Shown here piece after piece: positions 10,125 through 20,711 of a stretch of 64,000 bases of DNA. A program made the translations under genes and the position numbers. Each line of letters starts with the position of its first letter. Positions within the stretch are counted from its first letter, which is position 1. Source of the stretch: Candidatus Enterousia sp. (lineage in GTDB: Bacteria; Pseudomonadota; Alphaproteobacteria; Rs-D84). Below the pieces are notes generated by a model. That model saw nothing but the letters and a program-made list of their open reading frames with translations. It ran no database searches and was not told the origin of the DNA. The stretch spans positions 20,828 through 84,827 of the forward strand of contig JAZLAV010000008.1 in the NCBI GenBank assembly GCA_045613315.1. Reading direction: 5' to 3'.

Positions 10125-10991
10125 ATGAATGGATGGATAATTCTTGATAAAGATTCCGGTGTGTTTTCGCGTACTGCGGGGGGGCAGGTTGCACGAATTT
10201 TTGGAAACAAAAAGTTCGGACACATCGGCACACTGGACCCGATGGCATCGGGGGTTTTGGCAATCGCAATTGGTGATGCCACAAAAATGATTCCTTTTAT
10301 AGAAGACGCAAACGAACCAATCAAAGAATACCTTTTTTCCGTGCGATTTGGTTATGAAACAGACACACTGGACATAACGGGACACACGATTCGCGACGGT
10401 GGCACGGTGCCAACAGAAACCGATATTGTGAAAATATTGCCGTCATTTATCGGCGAACAAATGCAAACCCCACCCGCATATTCCGCGGTTCACATTGGTG
10501 GTGTGCGCGCATATGAATTGGCGCGGAGCGGGACGACGATTGAAATTCCGCCACGCAAAATCACAATACACGCTTTGGAATACACCGGTCGGCGCGGCGA
10601 TTCATACGGTTTTCGAGTGGTGTGTTCCCGCGGTACCTATGTCCGCAGTATTGCGCGCGATATTGCGAAAAAGACGGGCACAATCGCAACCGTGGATATG
10701 ATACGGCGGACAAAATCTGGATGTTTTGATATAAAAAACGCTGTAAAACTTGATTTTCTGGAAAATCTGGTTAATAATGGGGGCGACATTGGGGGAAACC
10801 TCTTGCCGGTGGATTCAGGACTGGGGGACATTCCGGTTCTGGATATCAACAATAAATCGGCCACGCTTTTCAAGAATGGCGGTTTTATTGACACAAATGT
10901 TGCCGATGGTCTGTATCGTGTTTATTCGGATAATTTTATCGGAATTGGGCGCGTGGACGGGGGCAAATTAAAACCAAAACGAACAATTTAA
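10125..10991 (+). CDS. truB: tRNA pseudouridine(55) synthase TruB
   Basis: The GHIGTLDPMASGVL catalytic Asp motif is present. Confidence 0.95.
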   Translation: MNGWIILDKDSGVFSRTAGGQVARIFGNKKFGHIGTLDPMASGVLAIAIGDATKMIPFIEDANEPIKEYLFSVRFGYETDTLDITGHTIRDGGTVPTETDIVKILPSFIGEQMQTPPAYSAVHIGGVRAYELARSGTTIEIPPRKITIHALEYTGRRGDSYGFRVVCSRGTYVRSIARDIAKKTGTIATVDMIRRTKSGCFDIKNAVKLDFLENLVNNGGDIGGNLLPVDSGLGDIPVLDINNKSATLFKNGGFIDTNVADGLYRVYSDNFIGIGRVDGGKLKPKRTI

Positions 10992-11008
10992 AACAAAAGG
11001 AAAAATAA

Positions 11009-11281
11009 ATGTCCGTTACAAAAGAAAAAAAAGCAGAATTGGTTGCAGCATATAAAACAACCGATAAAGACAATGGCGGGTCTGCCGCATCCCAGGTTGC
11101 AGTTTTAACAGAACGCATCCGCAATTTGACCGAACATATGAAGTCAAATCACAAAGATGAACATTCGAAACGCGGTCTGTTGTTGATGGTTAATCGTCGT
11201 AAAAAACTGTTGGCCTATATCAAGAAAAACAACGTTTCTGAATACGAAGAACTGATTAAAAAATTGGGTCTGCGTAAATAA
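11009..11281 (+). CDS. rpsO: 30S ribosomal protein S15
   Basis: 90 aa, S15 family throughout. Confidence 0.97.
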   Translation: MSVTKEKKAELVAAYKTTDKDNGGSAASQVAVLTERIRNLTEHMKSNHKDEHSKRGLLLMVNRRKKLLAYIKKNNVSEYEELIKKLGLRK

Positions 11282-11294
11282 TAAAACAAAAAAG

Positions 11295-11345
11295 ACACCG
11301 GCAAATGCCGGTGTTTTTTACTAACCACTAATCACTATCACTAAG
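11295..11345. terminator. Terminator-element copy with one heptamer arm (accC side)
   Basis: Stem at 11295-11302/11307-11314 identical to the copy at 728-747. The arm ACTAACCACTAATCACTATCACTAAG (11320-11345) contains the accC stop and its last codons. Confidence 0.85.
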
Positions 11346-12701
11346 CGCTTCTTCGTGTTTTTCCGCCAAGAACTTTTCCAGCCAGTGATTATCGAACTTT
11401 AATTTCCGCACATCTTCGTTTTTAAGCAGACGCTGTTGCAGGGAAATTGTTGTTTTTATTCCTTCTATCACAAATTCATCCAACGCACGTGATGCACGCA
11501 TTATACACGCCGGTCGGTTTTGTGCATGAACAATAAGTTTCGCAATCATCGAATCATATGTTGGCGGAATTGTGTATCCGGTGTAAACCGCGCTGTCCAC
11601 ACGCACGCCCAGCCCCCCCGATGGCGCATAAAGGGTTATTGTTCCAGGGCACGGGATAAATGTGTCTGGATCTTCGGCGTTTATACGAAATTCAATTGCG
11701 TGGCCGTGCGGAATAACATTTGATTGTGTATATCCCAACTTTTCGCCGGCGGCAATTCTTATCTGTTCCCGGACCAGGTCAACCCCATAAACCATTTCCG
11801 TCACGGGGTGTTCCACCTGCAAGCGCGTATTCATTTCCAGGAAATAAAATTTACCATCCTGGAACATAAATTCAAATGTGCCGGCATTTGTATAGCCCAT
11901 TTTTTTTGCGGCATTTTTACAAATTTCAATCATATCGTCGCGCTGTTTTTGGGTTAATGCCGCCGCAGGGCATTCCTCCATAACTTTCTGGTTTTTGCGT
12001 TGCAACGAACAATCGCGTTCACCAAAAATCACCACATTACCATGTTTGTCGCCCAAAACCTGAAATTCAATATGGCGTGGGTGCAGCAACAGTTTTTCCA
12101 TATACAATGTGTCATCACCGAAACCAGATTTTGCTTCCTGTTTGGTTATATTGAACGCTTCGGCCATTTCATCGGGGGCCATAACGGCGCGCATACCGCG
12201 ACCACCACCACCGGCCGCCGCCTTTAACATAACGGGGTATCCGATTTTTTCCGCCCATTTTAATGCATCGTCAACGCTTTTTACCGCGCCATCCGAACCC
12301 GGCACCACCGGCAGACCGCATTTTATCGCGGTTTGTTTGGCATTAACCTTGTCCCCCATTTTTGTAATCATTTCCGGGGACGGTCCAATCCAAATCATAC
12401 CGTGCTGCTCAACCTTTTGTGCAAAATCGGCGCGTTCAGATAAAAACCCATACCCGGGGTGTATCGCATCAGAATTGGTCAACAATGCCGCCGTCAAAAT
12501 CGCAGATTCGTTCAAATACGAATCACGCGCCGGCGCTGGACCAATACACACCGATTCATCCGCCAATTGCACATGCATTGCATTTTTATCGGCGGTTGAA
12601 TACACCGCGACCGTGCGAATACCCATATCGCGACATGCCCGAATCACGCGCAGTGCGATTTCACCACGATTTGCGATTAAAACTTTCTTTATCTTTGGCA
12701 T
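11328..12701 (-). CDS. accC: Acetyl-CoA carboxylase biotin carboxylase subunit
   Basis: 457 aa ATP-grasp biotin carboxylase. The C-terminal LSDSD is encoded by the repeat arm. Confidence 0.97.
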   Translation of the reverse strand: MPKIKKVLIANRGEIALRVIRACRDMGIRTVAVYSTADKNAMHVQLADESVCIGPAPARDSYLNESAILTAALLTNSDAIHPGYGFLSERADFAQKVEQHGMIWIGPSPEMITKMGDKVNAKQTAIKCGLPVVPGSDGAVKSVDDALKWAEKIGYPVMLKAAAGGGGRGMRAVMAPDEMAEAFNITKQEAKSGFGDDTLYMEKLLLHPRHIEFQVLGDKHGNVVIFGERDCSLQRKNQKVMEECPAAALTQKQRDDMIEICKNAAKKMGYTNAGTFEFMFQDGKFYFLEMNTRLQVEHPVTEMVYGVDLVREQIRIAAGEKLGYTQSNVIPHGHAIEFRINAEDPDTFIPCPGTITLYAPSGGLGVRVDSAVYTGYTIPPTYDSMIAKLIVHAQNRPACIMRASRALDEFVIEGIKTTISLQQRLLKNEDVRKLKFDNHWLEKFLAEKHEEALSDSD

Positions 12702-12703
12702 TT

Positions 12704-13138
12704 TTATTCAATAACGATTAATGGTTGGTCAAATTCAACGGCCGCGCCATCGGAAACCAAAATCTTTTTCACGATGCCATCAACATCCGATTTAATCGGG
12801 TTAAATGTTTTCATGGCCTCGACCAATGCGACCGTGTCGCCGGCGTGAACGGTTGTGCCGACCCGAACAAACGGCGCCGCCCCCGGTTCAGACGCCAAAT
12901 ACACAACTCCAACCATTGGCGATTTTAACGCATGTCCGGTTGTTTCGGTTTTTGCCGTCGCGGGCGCGACGGACGGTGTTGCCGGTGTGGTTGCGACCGC
13001 GGAAACGACCGCCTGTTTTGATAAATGTACACGACGATTGACCAGACCGAACAAATACCGGCGGTCAAAATCAATTTCTGTTATGCCCATATCATCCATT
13101 GTCTTGGACAATGATTCAATGGTGCTGCGTAAAGACAT
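12704..13138 (-). CDS. accB: Acetyl-CoA carboxylase biotin carboxyl carrier protein
   Basis: EAMKT biotinylation motif and an Ala/Pro/Thr linker. Confidence 0.95.
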   Translation of the reverse strand: MSLRSTIESLSKTMDDMGITEIDFDRRYLFGLVNRRVHLSKQAVVSAVATTPATPSVAPATAKTETTGHALKSPMVGVVYLASEPGAAPFVRVGTTVHAGDTVALVEAMKTFNPIKSDVDGIVKKILVSDGAAVEFDQPLIVIE

Positions 13139-13210
13139 TTCATAATCCTTATATTTATAAATACATATTTTGTCTTGTGTTAAATAATTCTAGCACATAA
13201 ACAATTAAAG

Positions 13211-13447
13211 TCAAGGCACCGGGTCATACCCATACCCCCCGCCGGGCCGGCAACGCAATATTCGTTTTACCCCCATGTACATCCCACGAAACACCCCATA
13301 TTTCGCAATAGATTGACACATATATTCACTGCACGACGGGGTAAATCGGCACGCGTTACGCCCGCCAATCACCGGGGAAATATTCCGTTGATAGAACCGC
13401 ACGGCACCAATCGCCACACGCGCAATAAAAGATGGGTTATTTGACAT
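13211..13447 (-). CDS. yidD: Membrane protein insertion efficiency factor YidD
   Basis: 78 aa with CRFTPSCSEY, typical of YidD. It overlaps the rnpA end. Confidence 0.9.
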   Translation of the reverse strand: MSNNPSFIARVAIGAVRFYQRNISPVIGGRNACRFTPSCSEYMCQSIAKYGVFRGMYMGVKRILRCRPGGGYGYDPVP

Positions 13448-13787
13448 CGTCTGGTTTGGGATTTTTCTTTAGAAAGACCAAAGCACGTGCCATTGCCGCA
13501 CGTCCGTCGTCACGCAAGGCATCCAAAATGGGTTTGCGCGCAATAAAGACATAGTCCATATCGGGACGTAAATGCTTTTCTGTGAAACGTATCCAATCGC
13601 GTAATTTACGCTTTGCCAGGTTGCGTTGAACCGCAAATTTAAAGGTCTTTTTTGTTGCGACCACCCCATATCGTGGTGTATCTGGAATCACACACGGCTT
13701 CATCCGTATGAAAAAGAACGCCGATTTCGCCGTTGGATTTTCATCGGTCATTAAAAAATCTTTATGATTCTTAATCGTATCTCGCAT
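13437..13787 (-). CDS. rnpA: Ribonuclease P protein component
   Basis: 116-aa basic protein with FAVQRNLAKRKLR, the RnpA RNR-like motif. No rpmH lies upstream. Confidence 0.85.
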   Translation of the reverse strand: MRDTIKNHKDFLMTDENPTAKSAFFFIRMKPCVIPDTPRYGVVATKKTFKFAVQRNLAKRKLRDWIRFTEKHLRPDMDYVFIARKPILDALRDDGRAAMARALVFLKKNPKPDDVK

Positions 13788-13895
13788 GGGGGATATAATA
13801 GCATAATATATAAATAATCAAACTTTTTTATATGGTGCCTTGATTTTTTATGATTCACGTTTTATAGTGCAAAAAAATCATTATTTTGGGGGTAA

Positions 13896-14948
<1,053 letters not shown>

Positions 14949-15012
14949 TTTAGTGGTTAGTGCAAGTGTTGGTGATTAGCAAAAAGAACACCGGTGTTTA
15001 CCGGTGTTTTTT
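14949..15012. terminator. Terminator-element copy with heptamer arm (mreB side)
   Basis: TTTAGTGGTTAGTG (14949-14962) and GGTGATTAG (14971-14979) precede the stem ACACCGG/CCGGTGT (14988-15007) and a T-run. Confidence 0.8.
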
Positions 15013-15612
15013 CTATCTTGTTCGTGGTATCGCACAAAAACATTGCAGTTTTCTATCATATTCTGAATCAAAACCATTTTTATCAAATGTGTTTAACCAC
15101 CAATCACGCGGTTTTATCAAACGCGGTTTGTTGGCCGTCACCAAATTCCACCCATTGGCCCGGGCCACCACTATATCTTCGGTTGTATTGTGTATGGCAA
15201 TCAACATTTTAGTATCAGCAAACTTTTGCAATACGTGCGGCAAATCAGATTCTGTGAAATAGGTCAATGTTCCATTACAATATGTCAAATCCGCCCTTAC
15301 CGTTGGTACATCCAATATCGATTTTATTTCTATTTTTTTCTTGGCAAACAATCTTGCCAATTGTTCATTTTGATATGGATATTCCCTTATATCTATGCCA
15401 CTTGCATCCATTCCCATTTGTTTTGCGCGACACACAATTTCACCGGTTGCGGCGCCACAATCGAAAAACGTTTTTGGCATATACCCAAATTTCTTTGTAA
15501 AAACTTCTGCCAATATGCTTGGTGGCACCGAAAACATCGTCCACCATCCATCATAATCGCGATAACTGTAATGTAAAAACGGGTATTTAGTGTAATAATA
15601 ATGTTGTGTCAT
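15013..15612 (-). CDS. Class I SAM-dependent methyltransferase (substrate unknown)
   Basis: Motif I FDCGAATGE. ATG 15612 (MTQHYYY) is the likely start. The gene looks AT-rich by eye. Confidence 0.6.
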   Translation of the reverse strand: MTQHYYYTKYPFLHYSYRDYDGWWTMFSVPPSILAEVFTKKFGYMPKTFFDCGAATGEIVCRAKQMGMDASGIDIREYPYQNEQLARLFAKKKIEIKSILDVPTVRADLTYCNGTLTYFTESDLPHVLQKFADTKMLIAIHNTTEDIVVARANGWNLVTANKPRLIKPRDWWLNTFDKNGFDSEYDRKLQCFCAIPRTR

Positions 15613-15681
15613 TCTGATTCTTTTTTTACATACTAGCCCGTTTTTTCTTAGATACAAGTTTTTTGCATTCAAAAATTGCTG

Positions 15682-15709
15682 TTGCAATCTCAAAATTCTT
15701 TGTTATAAT
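15682..15709 (+). promoter_or_regulatory. Promoter upstream of the tRNA pair (TTGCAA-N16-TATAAT)
   Basis: Hexamers at 15682-15687 and 15704-15709. Confidence 0.6.
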
Positions 15710-15721
15710 GCCTTTCGCTTT

Positions 15722-15798
15722 GGATGGTTAGCTTAGTTGGCGAGCCGCGTCACGTTGATATCGTGAAGGTCGTTGGTTCCCAGCACGAGAACCCCAAC
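15722..15798 (+). pseudogene. Decayed duplicate of tRNA-Val (anticodon now GAT, T-loop insertions, no 3-prime acceptor strand)
   Basis: The first ~58 nt are near-identical to the tRNA-Val 10 nt downstream. After GGTTC the T-loop carries extra bases, and the acceptor 3-prime strand and CCA are missing. Confidence 0.6.
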
Positions 15799-15808
15799 AA
15801 AAAGTTTT

Positions 15809-15885
15809 GGGTGGTTAGCTCAGTTGGCTAGAGCGTCACGTTGACATCGTGGAGGTCGTTGGTTCGAGCCCAATACCACCCACCA
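15809..15885 (+). tRNA. tRNA-Val (GAC), CCA encoded
   Basis: Cloverleaf readable by eye: acceptor GGGTGGT/ACCACCC, anticodon loop TTGACAT, T-arm GTTGG-TTCGAGC-CCAAT. Confidence 0.95.
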
Positions 15886-15906
15886 CGAATTTTCGTTAAT
15901 AAAAAA

Positions 15907-15928
15907 CCGGCAAATGCCGGCTTTTTTT
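15907..15928. terminator. Short variant of the terminator family (CCGGC-AAAT-GCCGG + T7)
   Basis: Hairpin at 15907-15920 flanked by A6 and T7. The T-run overlaps the stop of the minus-strand ORF. Confidence 0.7.
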
Positions 15929-16403
15929 ATTTGCTTTTTGCATCGGCACGAATTGCAAACCGTTCCGGGGACGCAAATTCCAGAAAATAATTCTTGAATT
16001 TATTCAGTATACCGGTTGCACTCTGTAATTGAATTTGTTTGTTCATTTTCAAAATTCGTGCGGCTGTCCGTTCTTTGTAATAACCGTCTTGTCTGTAATA
16101 ATCATACGCACAGGACAAAAAGCCGTCCAACCAACGAACCCCGATAATACCCCTGGGGCAATAACCAGTTAATGTATTTATCTTGAAATCCATTGTGCGG
16201 TACACAACCGCAGATTGCGCACGTGGCGCCGTCAAATATTCCAACGGATTTTCGGCAATCTTGCGAATAAAATCCAATTCCTGGGTCATTTTTTTATATT
16301 CGTTAACAGTCACCTTTTTGGAAATATCTTGCATTTTGGTGTCAATAATTTTTATCAACCCATCCAATCCGTGTTTTATTGTTTCGTCCATATTTATTGG
16401 CAT
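15927..16403 (-). CDS. Hypothetical protein
   Basis: Start moved to ATG 16403 (MPINMDET) because a perfect AAGGAGG lies 6 nt upstream. No family recognised. Confidence 0.5.
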   Translation of the reverse strand: MPINMDETIKHGLDGLIKIIDTKMQDISKKVTVNEYKKMTQELDFIRKIAENPLEYLTAPRAQSAVVYRTMDFKINTLTGYCPRGIIGVRWLDGFLSCAYDYYRQDGYYKERTAARILKMNKQIQLQSATGILNKFKNYFLEFASPERFAIRADAKSK

Positions 16404-16502
16404 TAAAGCCTCCTTTGATTTAATGGACATTATATCATATGGACCCCTTGATTTCTAGTATTTTTATTTTATAATCCATTGTAAATACCAAGGGGTTTCA
16501 CA

Positions 16503-18488
16503 ATGGCCAAAAGATATTTAATTACATCGGCATTACCATATGTAAATGGCGAACTGCATTTGGGGCATTTGGTTGGATGCTGGCTGCCGTCCGATGTATA
16601 TGCCCGTTTCTGTCGCGCACGCGGGCGCGATGTGTTGTTCGTTTGCGGGGCCGATGAACACGGAACCCCGGCCGTTGTTGGTGCGGCGCGTGAAGGATTG
16701 CCCGTTATTGAATATAACAACAAATACTATGAAAAACATTTGCGTGCGGTGCGTGATTTTAACCTGTCGTTTGATTTATATGGTCGCACGCATACCAAAT
16801 TACAGGAAAAACTTATACACGACTTGTTTTCGCGCCTGGATGCCCAGGGGTTAATTGCGGAACGCGAAACAATTCAACCGTTTTCTGTTGACGACAATAT
16901 GTTTTTAGCCGACCGTCAATTGGTTGGCACATGCCCAAAATGCGGTTTCGATTCCGCCCGTGGCGACCAATGTGATAATTGCAGCGCAACATATGAAGCG
17001 ACCGAGTTATTAAATCCGCGTTCAACAATATCTGGTTCAACCAATATTGAAATGCGTCCAACAAAAAATCTGTTTTTCCTGGCATCTAAATTACAAAACG
17101 AGTGGCGTAATTGGTTAAAGACACATGCGCCACATTGGTCAAAAACCGCATCCGCAATTGCGCGCGGTTGGGCGGCGGACGAACTGCACGACACAAGTAT
17201 AACACGCGATTTACCATGGGGTATTCCAGTTAATAAACCCGGCTATGAAAACAAGGTTTTCTATGTTTGGTTTGATGCGCCGTGGGGATATGTTTCGATT
17301 TCAATGGCGGCAAATAAAAACTGGGCCGATTGGTGGAAAAATGATAATACATACTATGCGCAATTTATGGGCAAGGATAATGTGAAGTTTCACGCGGTAT
17401 TTTTCCCAGAACAACAATTGGCCATGCACGATGGATGGAAAACGGTTGATATGTTGAAATCTATGAATTTCCTTAATTTCGAGGGCGGCAAGTTTTCCAA
17501 ATCACAAAACCGCGGCGTGTTTTTAGAAGATGCTATTTCCATTGCCCCGGCAGACACATGGCGATATGCATTATTGGCGTCCGCCCCCGAAACAGACGAT
17601 AACGATTTTACGTTTGCGCGATTTGCCGATGTTGTGAACAAAGACTTGAACGGAATGTTTGGGAACTTTGTTTCGCGTGTGTGCAAATTAACACAAAAGA
17701 ATTTTGGTGAAAAAGTACCAGAATCGAACGGCATAGACAGCGATTTAGAAAGTCAAATAAATGAAAAAATTACGGAATTAACATCTGCGCTGGACGCGTG
17801 CGAATTTCGCGCCGCAATCGTTGCCCTGCGTTCGCTTTATGCAATCGGCAACGAATATATGACAAAAATGGAACCATGGGCATTGGTAAAAAATGGCAAT
17901 GTGGAATCGGCGGGCGCGGTGCTTAACTCCTGTTTTCAATTGATTGATTTATATGCACGTGTGTCGGCACCGTTTATACCGGATGCGGCGAACAAAATAC
18001 AAAATATTTTTGCCGGGAAACACGATTTGTCGTGGCCAGAACGGTTTGAATCGCGCATTGCGGATGGTGAACAATTTACCGTGCCGGAAAACCTGTTCAA
18101 TCGCATTGACGATGAAATGGTTGCGGAATTAACCGAAAAATATGTACCGAAAACGGAAAACAAAATCGTTCCAGTTGTTGCCAAAATCGTTGAAGTAAAA
18201 AATCATCCGACGCGGGAAGACCTGCACATACTGACCGTCAATAATGGCGTACGCGATTTACAAATTGTATGTGGCGCACCAAATGTGCGTGTGGGGTTGA
18301 TTGGTGTTTTGGCACCAATCGGGTGTGTTTTGCCTGGCGCAAAAAAACCAATAACTCAACGCACCGTTGCCGGCGTGGAATCATACGGTATGATGTGCAG
18401 TGCGGCGGAATTGGGCGCGGGCGATGACGGCGAAAAAATTATTGAATTGGATACGGGCGCCACAGTCGGCAAAGAATACATAAAATAA
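16503..18488 (+). CDS. metG: Methionine--tRNA ligase with C-terminal tRNA-binding (Trbp111-like) domain
   Basis: HLGH and KFSKS motifs, a CPKC...CDNC zinc knuckle, and a C-terminal OB-fold domain. Confidence 0.97.
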   Translation: MAKRYLITSALPYVNGELHLGHLVGCWLPSDVYARFCRARGRDVLFVCGADEHGTPAVVGAAREGLPVIEYNNKYYEKHLRAVRDFNLSFDLYGRTHTKLQEKLIHDLFSRLDAQGLIAERETIQPFSVDDNMFLADRQLVGTCPKCGFDSARGDQCDNCSATYEATELLNPRSTISGSTNIEMRPTKNLFFLASKLQNEWRNWLKTHAPHWSKTASAIARGWAADELHDTSITRDLPWGIPVNKPGYENKVFYVWFDAPWGYVSISMAANKNWADWWKNDNTYYAQFMGKDNVKFHAVFFPEQQLAMHDGWKTVDMLKSMNFLNFEGGKFSKSQNRGVFLEDAISIAPADTWRYALLASAPETDDNDFTFARFADVVNKDLNGMFGNFVSRVCKLTQKNFGEKVPESNGIDSDLESQINEKITELTSALDACEFRAAIVALRSLYAIGNEYMTKMEPWALVKNGNVESAGAVLNSCFQLIDLYARVSAPFIPDAANKIQNIFAGKHDLSWPERFESRIADGEQFTVPENLFNRIDDEMVAELTEKYVPKTENKIVPVVAKIVEVKNHPTREDLHILTVNNGVRDLQIVCGAPNVRVGLIGVLAPIGCVLPGAKKPITQRTVAGVESYGMMCSAAELGAGDDGEKIIELDTGATVGKEYIK

Positions 18489-18489
18489 A

Positions 18490-19056
18490 ATGCGGGTTGT
18501 TTTGGCATCTTGCTGTGCACCGTGCAGTGCGGGCGCAATAAAGCAGTTGGCGGACGGCGAAATTGCCGGCGTGGATGATTTTATTGTTTTGTTTTATAAT
18601 CCGAACATCTTTCCAAACGACGAATATTTAAAACGCATGAACGAACAAATAAAGTATTGCGAAGGGTTGGGTGTAAAATACGCCATTGGTGATTGGGACC
18701 ACGATGCGTGGCGTAACGCTGTGCGCGGGTTGGAAAATGAACCCGAACGGGGGCGGCGATGCGATATTTGTTTTGCGTATCGCTTTGCATACGCGCGTGA
18801 ATTTGCATTGAAAAATGGATATGACGCAGTGGCCAGTGTGTTTGGCGTATCACGCCACAAGGACCAGTCCCAGGTTGACGCCGCTGCACAACGCACATTG
18901 GGTGAAATAAAATATATTCCGGTTCGTTGGGATGAAAACCTGCGACAATCGATTGGTCGGGCATCGAATTTTTACCGCCAAAACTATTGCGGGTGTGAAT
19001 TCAGTTTTCGTAAAACCCCGCAATCGCCCCAGGAAATAGTTTTGGTTGCGAAATAA
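18490..19056 (+). CDS. queH: Epoxyqueuosine reductase QueH (DUF208)
   Basis: CCAPCS at the N-terminus, FYNPNI, CDICF, and the CGCEFS C-terminal motif. Confidence 0.85.
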   Translation: MRVVLASCCAPCSAGAIKQLADGEIAGVDDFIVLFYNPNIFPNDEYLKRMNEQIKYCEGLGVKYAIGDWDHDAWRNAVRGLENEPERGRRCDICFAYRFAYAREFALKNGYDAVASVFGVSRHKDQSQVDAAAQRTLGEIKYIPVRWDENLRQSIGRASNFYRQNYCGCEFSFRKTPQSPQEIVLVAK

Positions 19057-19102
19057 GTATCTGCAAACTATAATCCATATATAAACAGAACAAAGGACGA
19101 AT

Positions 19103-19978
19103 ATGGCAAAAATATTTGTTTTCCCGGGCCAGGGCGCACAAAGCGTTGGTATGGGACGCGAAATCTATGAAACAAACGCGGCCGCACGCGCTGTGTTTGA
19201 TGAAGTGGACGATGCATTAAATCAAAAACTGTCAGACATTATTTTTAATGGCCCAATGGACGAATTAACATTAACCGCCAATGTGCAACCCGCAATTATG
19301 GCAACATCGATTGCAATGTTGCGCGCATCAGGCGAAAAATTACCCGAATATGTTGCGGGGCATTCGTTGGGCGAATATACGGCATTGTGTGCAGCGGGGG
19401 CGATTTCACTTACGGATACGGCGCGTCTGTTGCGTACGCGTGGAAACGCAATGCAAACGGCCGTTCCGGTGGGCCATGGAATGACCGCCGTCGTATTGGG
19501 ATTGGATATCGATACGGTGTGCGATATTTGCGCGCAAACAGATTGCGATGTCGCAAACGATAATTGCCCGGGCCAGGTGGTTATTTCCGGTGCGAAAGAG
19601 ATTGTGGAAACGACAATGGAAAAATTAAAATCCGCCGGCGCACGGCGCGCAATGCCGTTGGCACTGTCGGTGCCGGTTCATTGCCGGATGCAGGAAAGCG
19701 CGGCGAACACAATGCGTGATGCATTGGCATCGGTCGATATAAAAATACCAGATGCAAAATTTATTTCCAATAAATCAGCCGATGTGATGACAACACCAAA
19801 TGATATCAAGGAAGCATTGGTTTATCAAATGACACATGGTGTGCGTTGGCGCGAAAGTGTATTGAAAATGTACGAATTGGGCATAAATGAAATGGTGGAA
19901 ATTGGACCGGGTAATGTGCTGACGGGGTTGGCTGGGCGCACCTGTCCGGAAATTAACGCACATAAGTTGGAGGCATAA
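19103..19978 (+). CDS. fabD: Malonyl CoA-ACP transacylase
   Basis: FPGQGAQ and GHSLGEY active-site motifs. Confidence 0.95.
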   Translation: MAKIFVFPGQGAQSVGMGREIYETNAAARAVFDEVDDALNQKLSDIIFNGPMDELTLTANVQPAIMATSIAMLRASGEKLPEYVAGHSLGEYTALCAAGAISLTDTARLLRTRGNAMQTAVPVGHGMTAVVLGLDIDTVCDICAQTDCDVANDNCPGQVVISGAKEIVETTMEKLKSAGARRAMPLALSVPVHCRMQESAANTMRDALASVDIKIPDAKFISNKSADVMTTPNDIKEALVYQMTHGVRWRESVLKMYELGINEMVEIGPGNVLTGLAGRTCPEINAHKLEA

Positions 19979-19979
19979 A

Positions 19980-20708
19980 ATGTTTGATTTAACGGGTCGG
20001 GTTGCTTTAATAACCGGCGCAACCGGTGGTATCGGTGGCGCGATTGCAAAAAAAATGACGGAAGCGGGCGCAACGGTCGTTGTGTCGGGTCGTAATATTG
20101 CAAAATTAAATACTGAATTTGATGATTCATATATCAAAATTCCGTGTGATTTATCGACGGACGGCGCGGCGGTTGAACTTATGATGAACACAATCGATTC
20201 CGCCGGCAAAATCGATATTTTGGTGAACAATGCCGGCATTACGCGCGATACATTGTTAATGCGTATGTCGGACGAACAGTTTGACGAAGTTTTGAACACG
20301 AACTTGAAATCCTGTTTCAAATTGTGCCGCGCGGCAATTATGCCAATGATGAAAAACCGCTATGGTCGTATTATCAACATGGCATCCATTATCGGTGTTA
20401 TCGGTGGCCCGGGCCAGGCGAATTATGCCGCATCCAAGGGCGGTATGATTGCCATGACCAAATCAATTGCAGCCGAGGTTGCATCCCGCAACATCACAGC
20501 AAACTGTATTGCACCGGGATTTATCAAAACACCAATGACCGATGTTTTGCCGGATGAATTACGGGATGCATACCTGAAACAAATACCGGCGGGTCGCTTT
20601 GGTGAACCGGACGATATTGCGAATTTATGTGTATTCTTGGCGTCCGATGAAGCGTCATATATCAACGGTCAAACAATCAATGTCAACGGCGGTATGGGAC
20701 GGTTTTAA
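19980..20708 (+). CDS. fabG: 3-oxoacyl-ACP reductase
   Basis: SDR with TGATGGIG and the YAASKGG catalytic motif. Confidence 0.95.
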   Translation: MFDLTGRVALITGATGGIGGAIAKKMTEAGATVVVSGRNIAKLNTEFDDSYIKIPCDLSTDGAAVELMMNTIDSAGKIDILVNNAGITRDTLLMRMSDEQFDEVLNTNLKSCFKLCRAAIMPMMKNRYGRIINMASIIGVIGGPGQANYAASKGGMIAMTKSIAAEVASRNITANCIAPGFIKTPMTDVLPDELRDAYLKQIPAGRFGEPDDIANLCVFLASDEASYINGQTINVNGGMGRF

Positions 20709-20711
20709 TTT

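Noticed and set aside
12109-12714. 201-aa ORF antisense to accC. Similar long antisense ORFs lie at 35844-36524 (opposite topA), 55530-56240 (opposite gyrB), 19775-20320 (opposite fabD/fabG) and 61327-61842 (opposite the flavodoxin and TetR genes).
   Set aside because: These are shadow ORFs opposite strongly recognisable conserved genes. Their composition is low-complexity and Ser/Pro/Ala/Ile-rich, and they have no SD.
16443-16496. Inverted repeat ACCCCTTG ... CAAGGGGT upstream of metG that could sequester the SD (AAGGGG).
   Set aside because: The only -10-like TATAAT (16469-16474) lies inside the loop, so the left arm is probably not transcribed. The 8-bp stem with a 38-nt loop is weak evidence.
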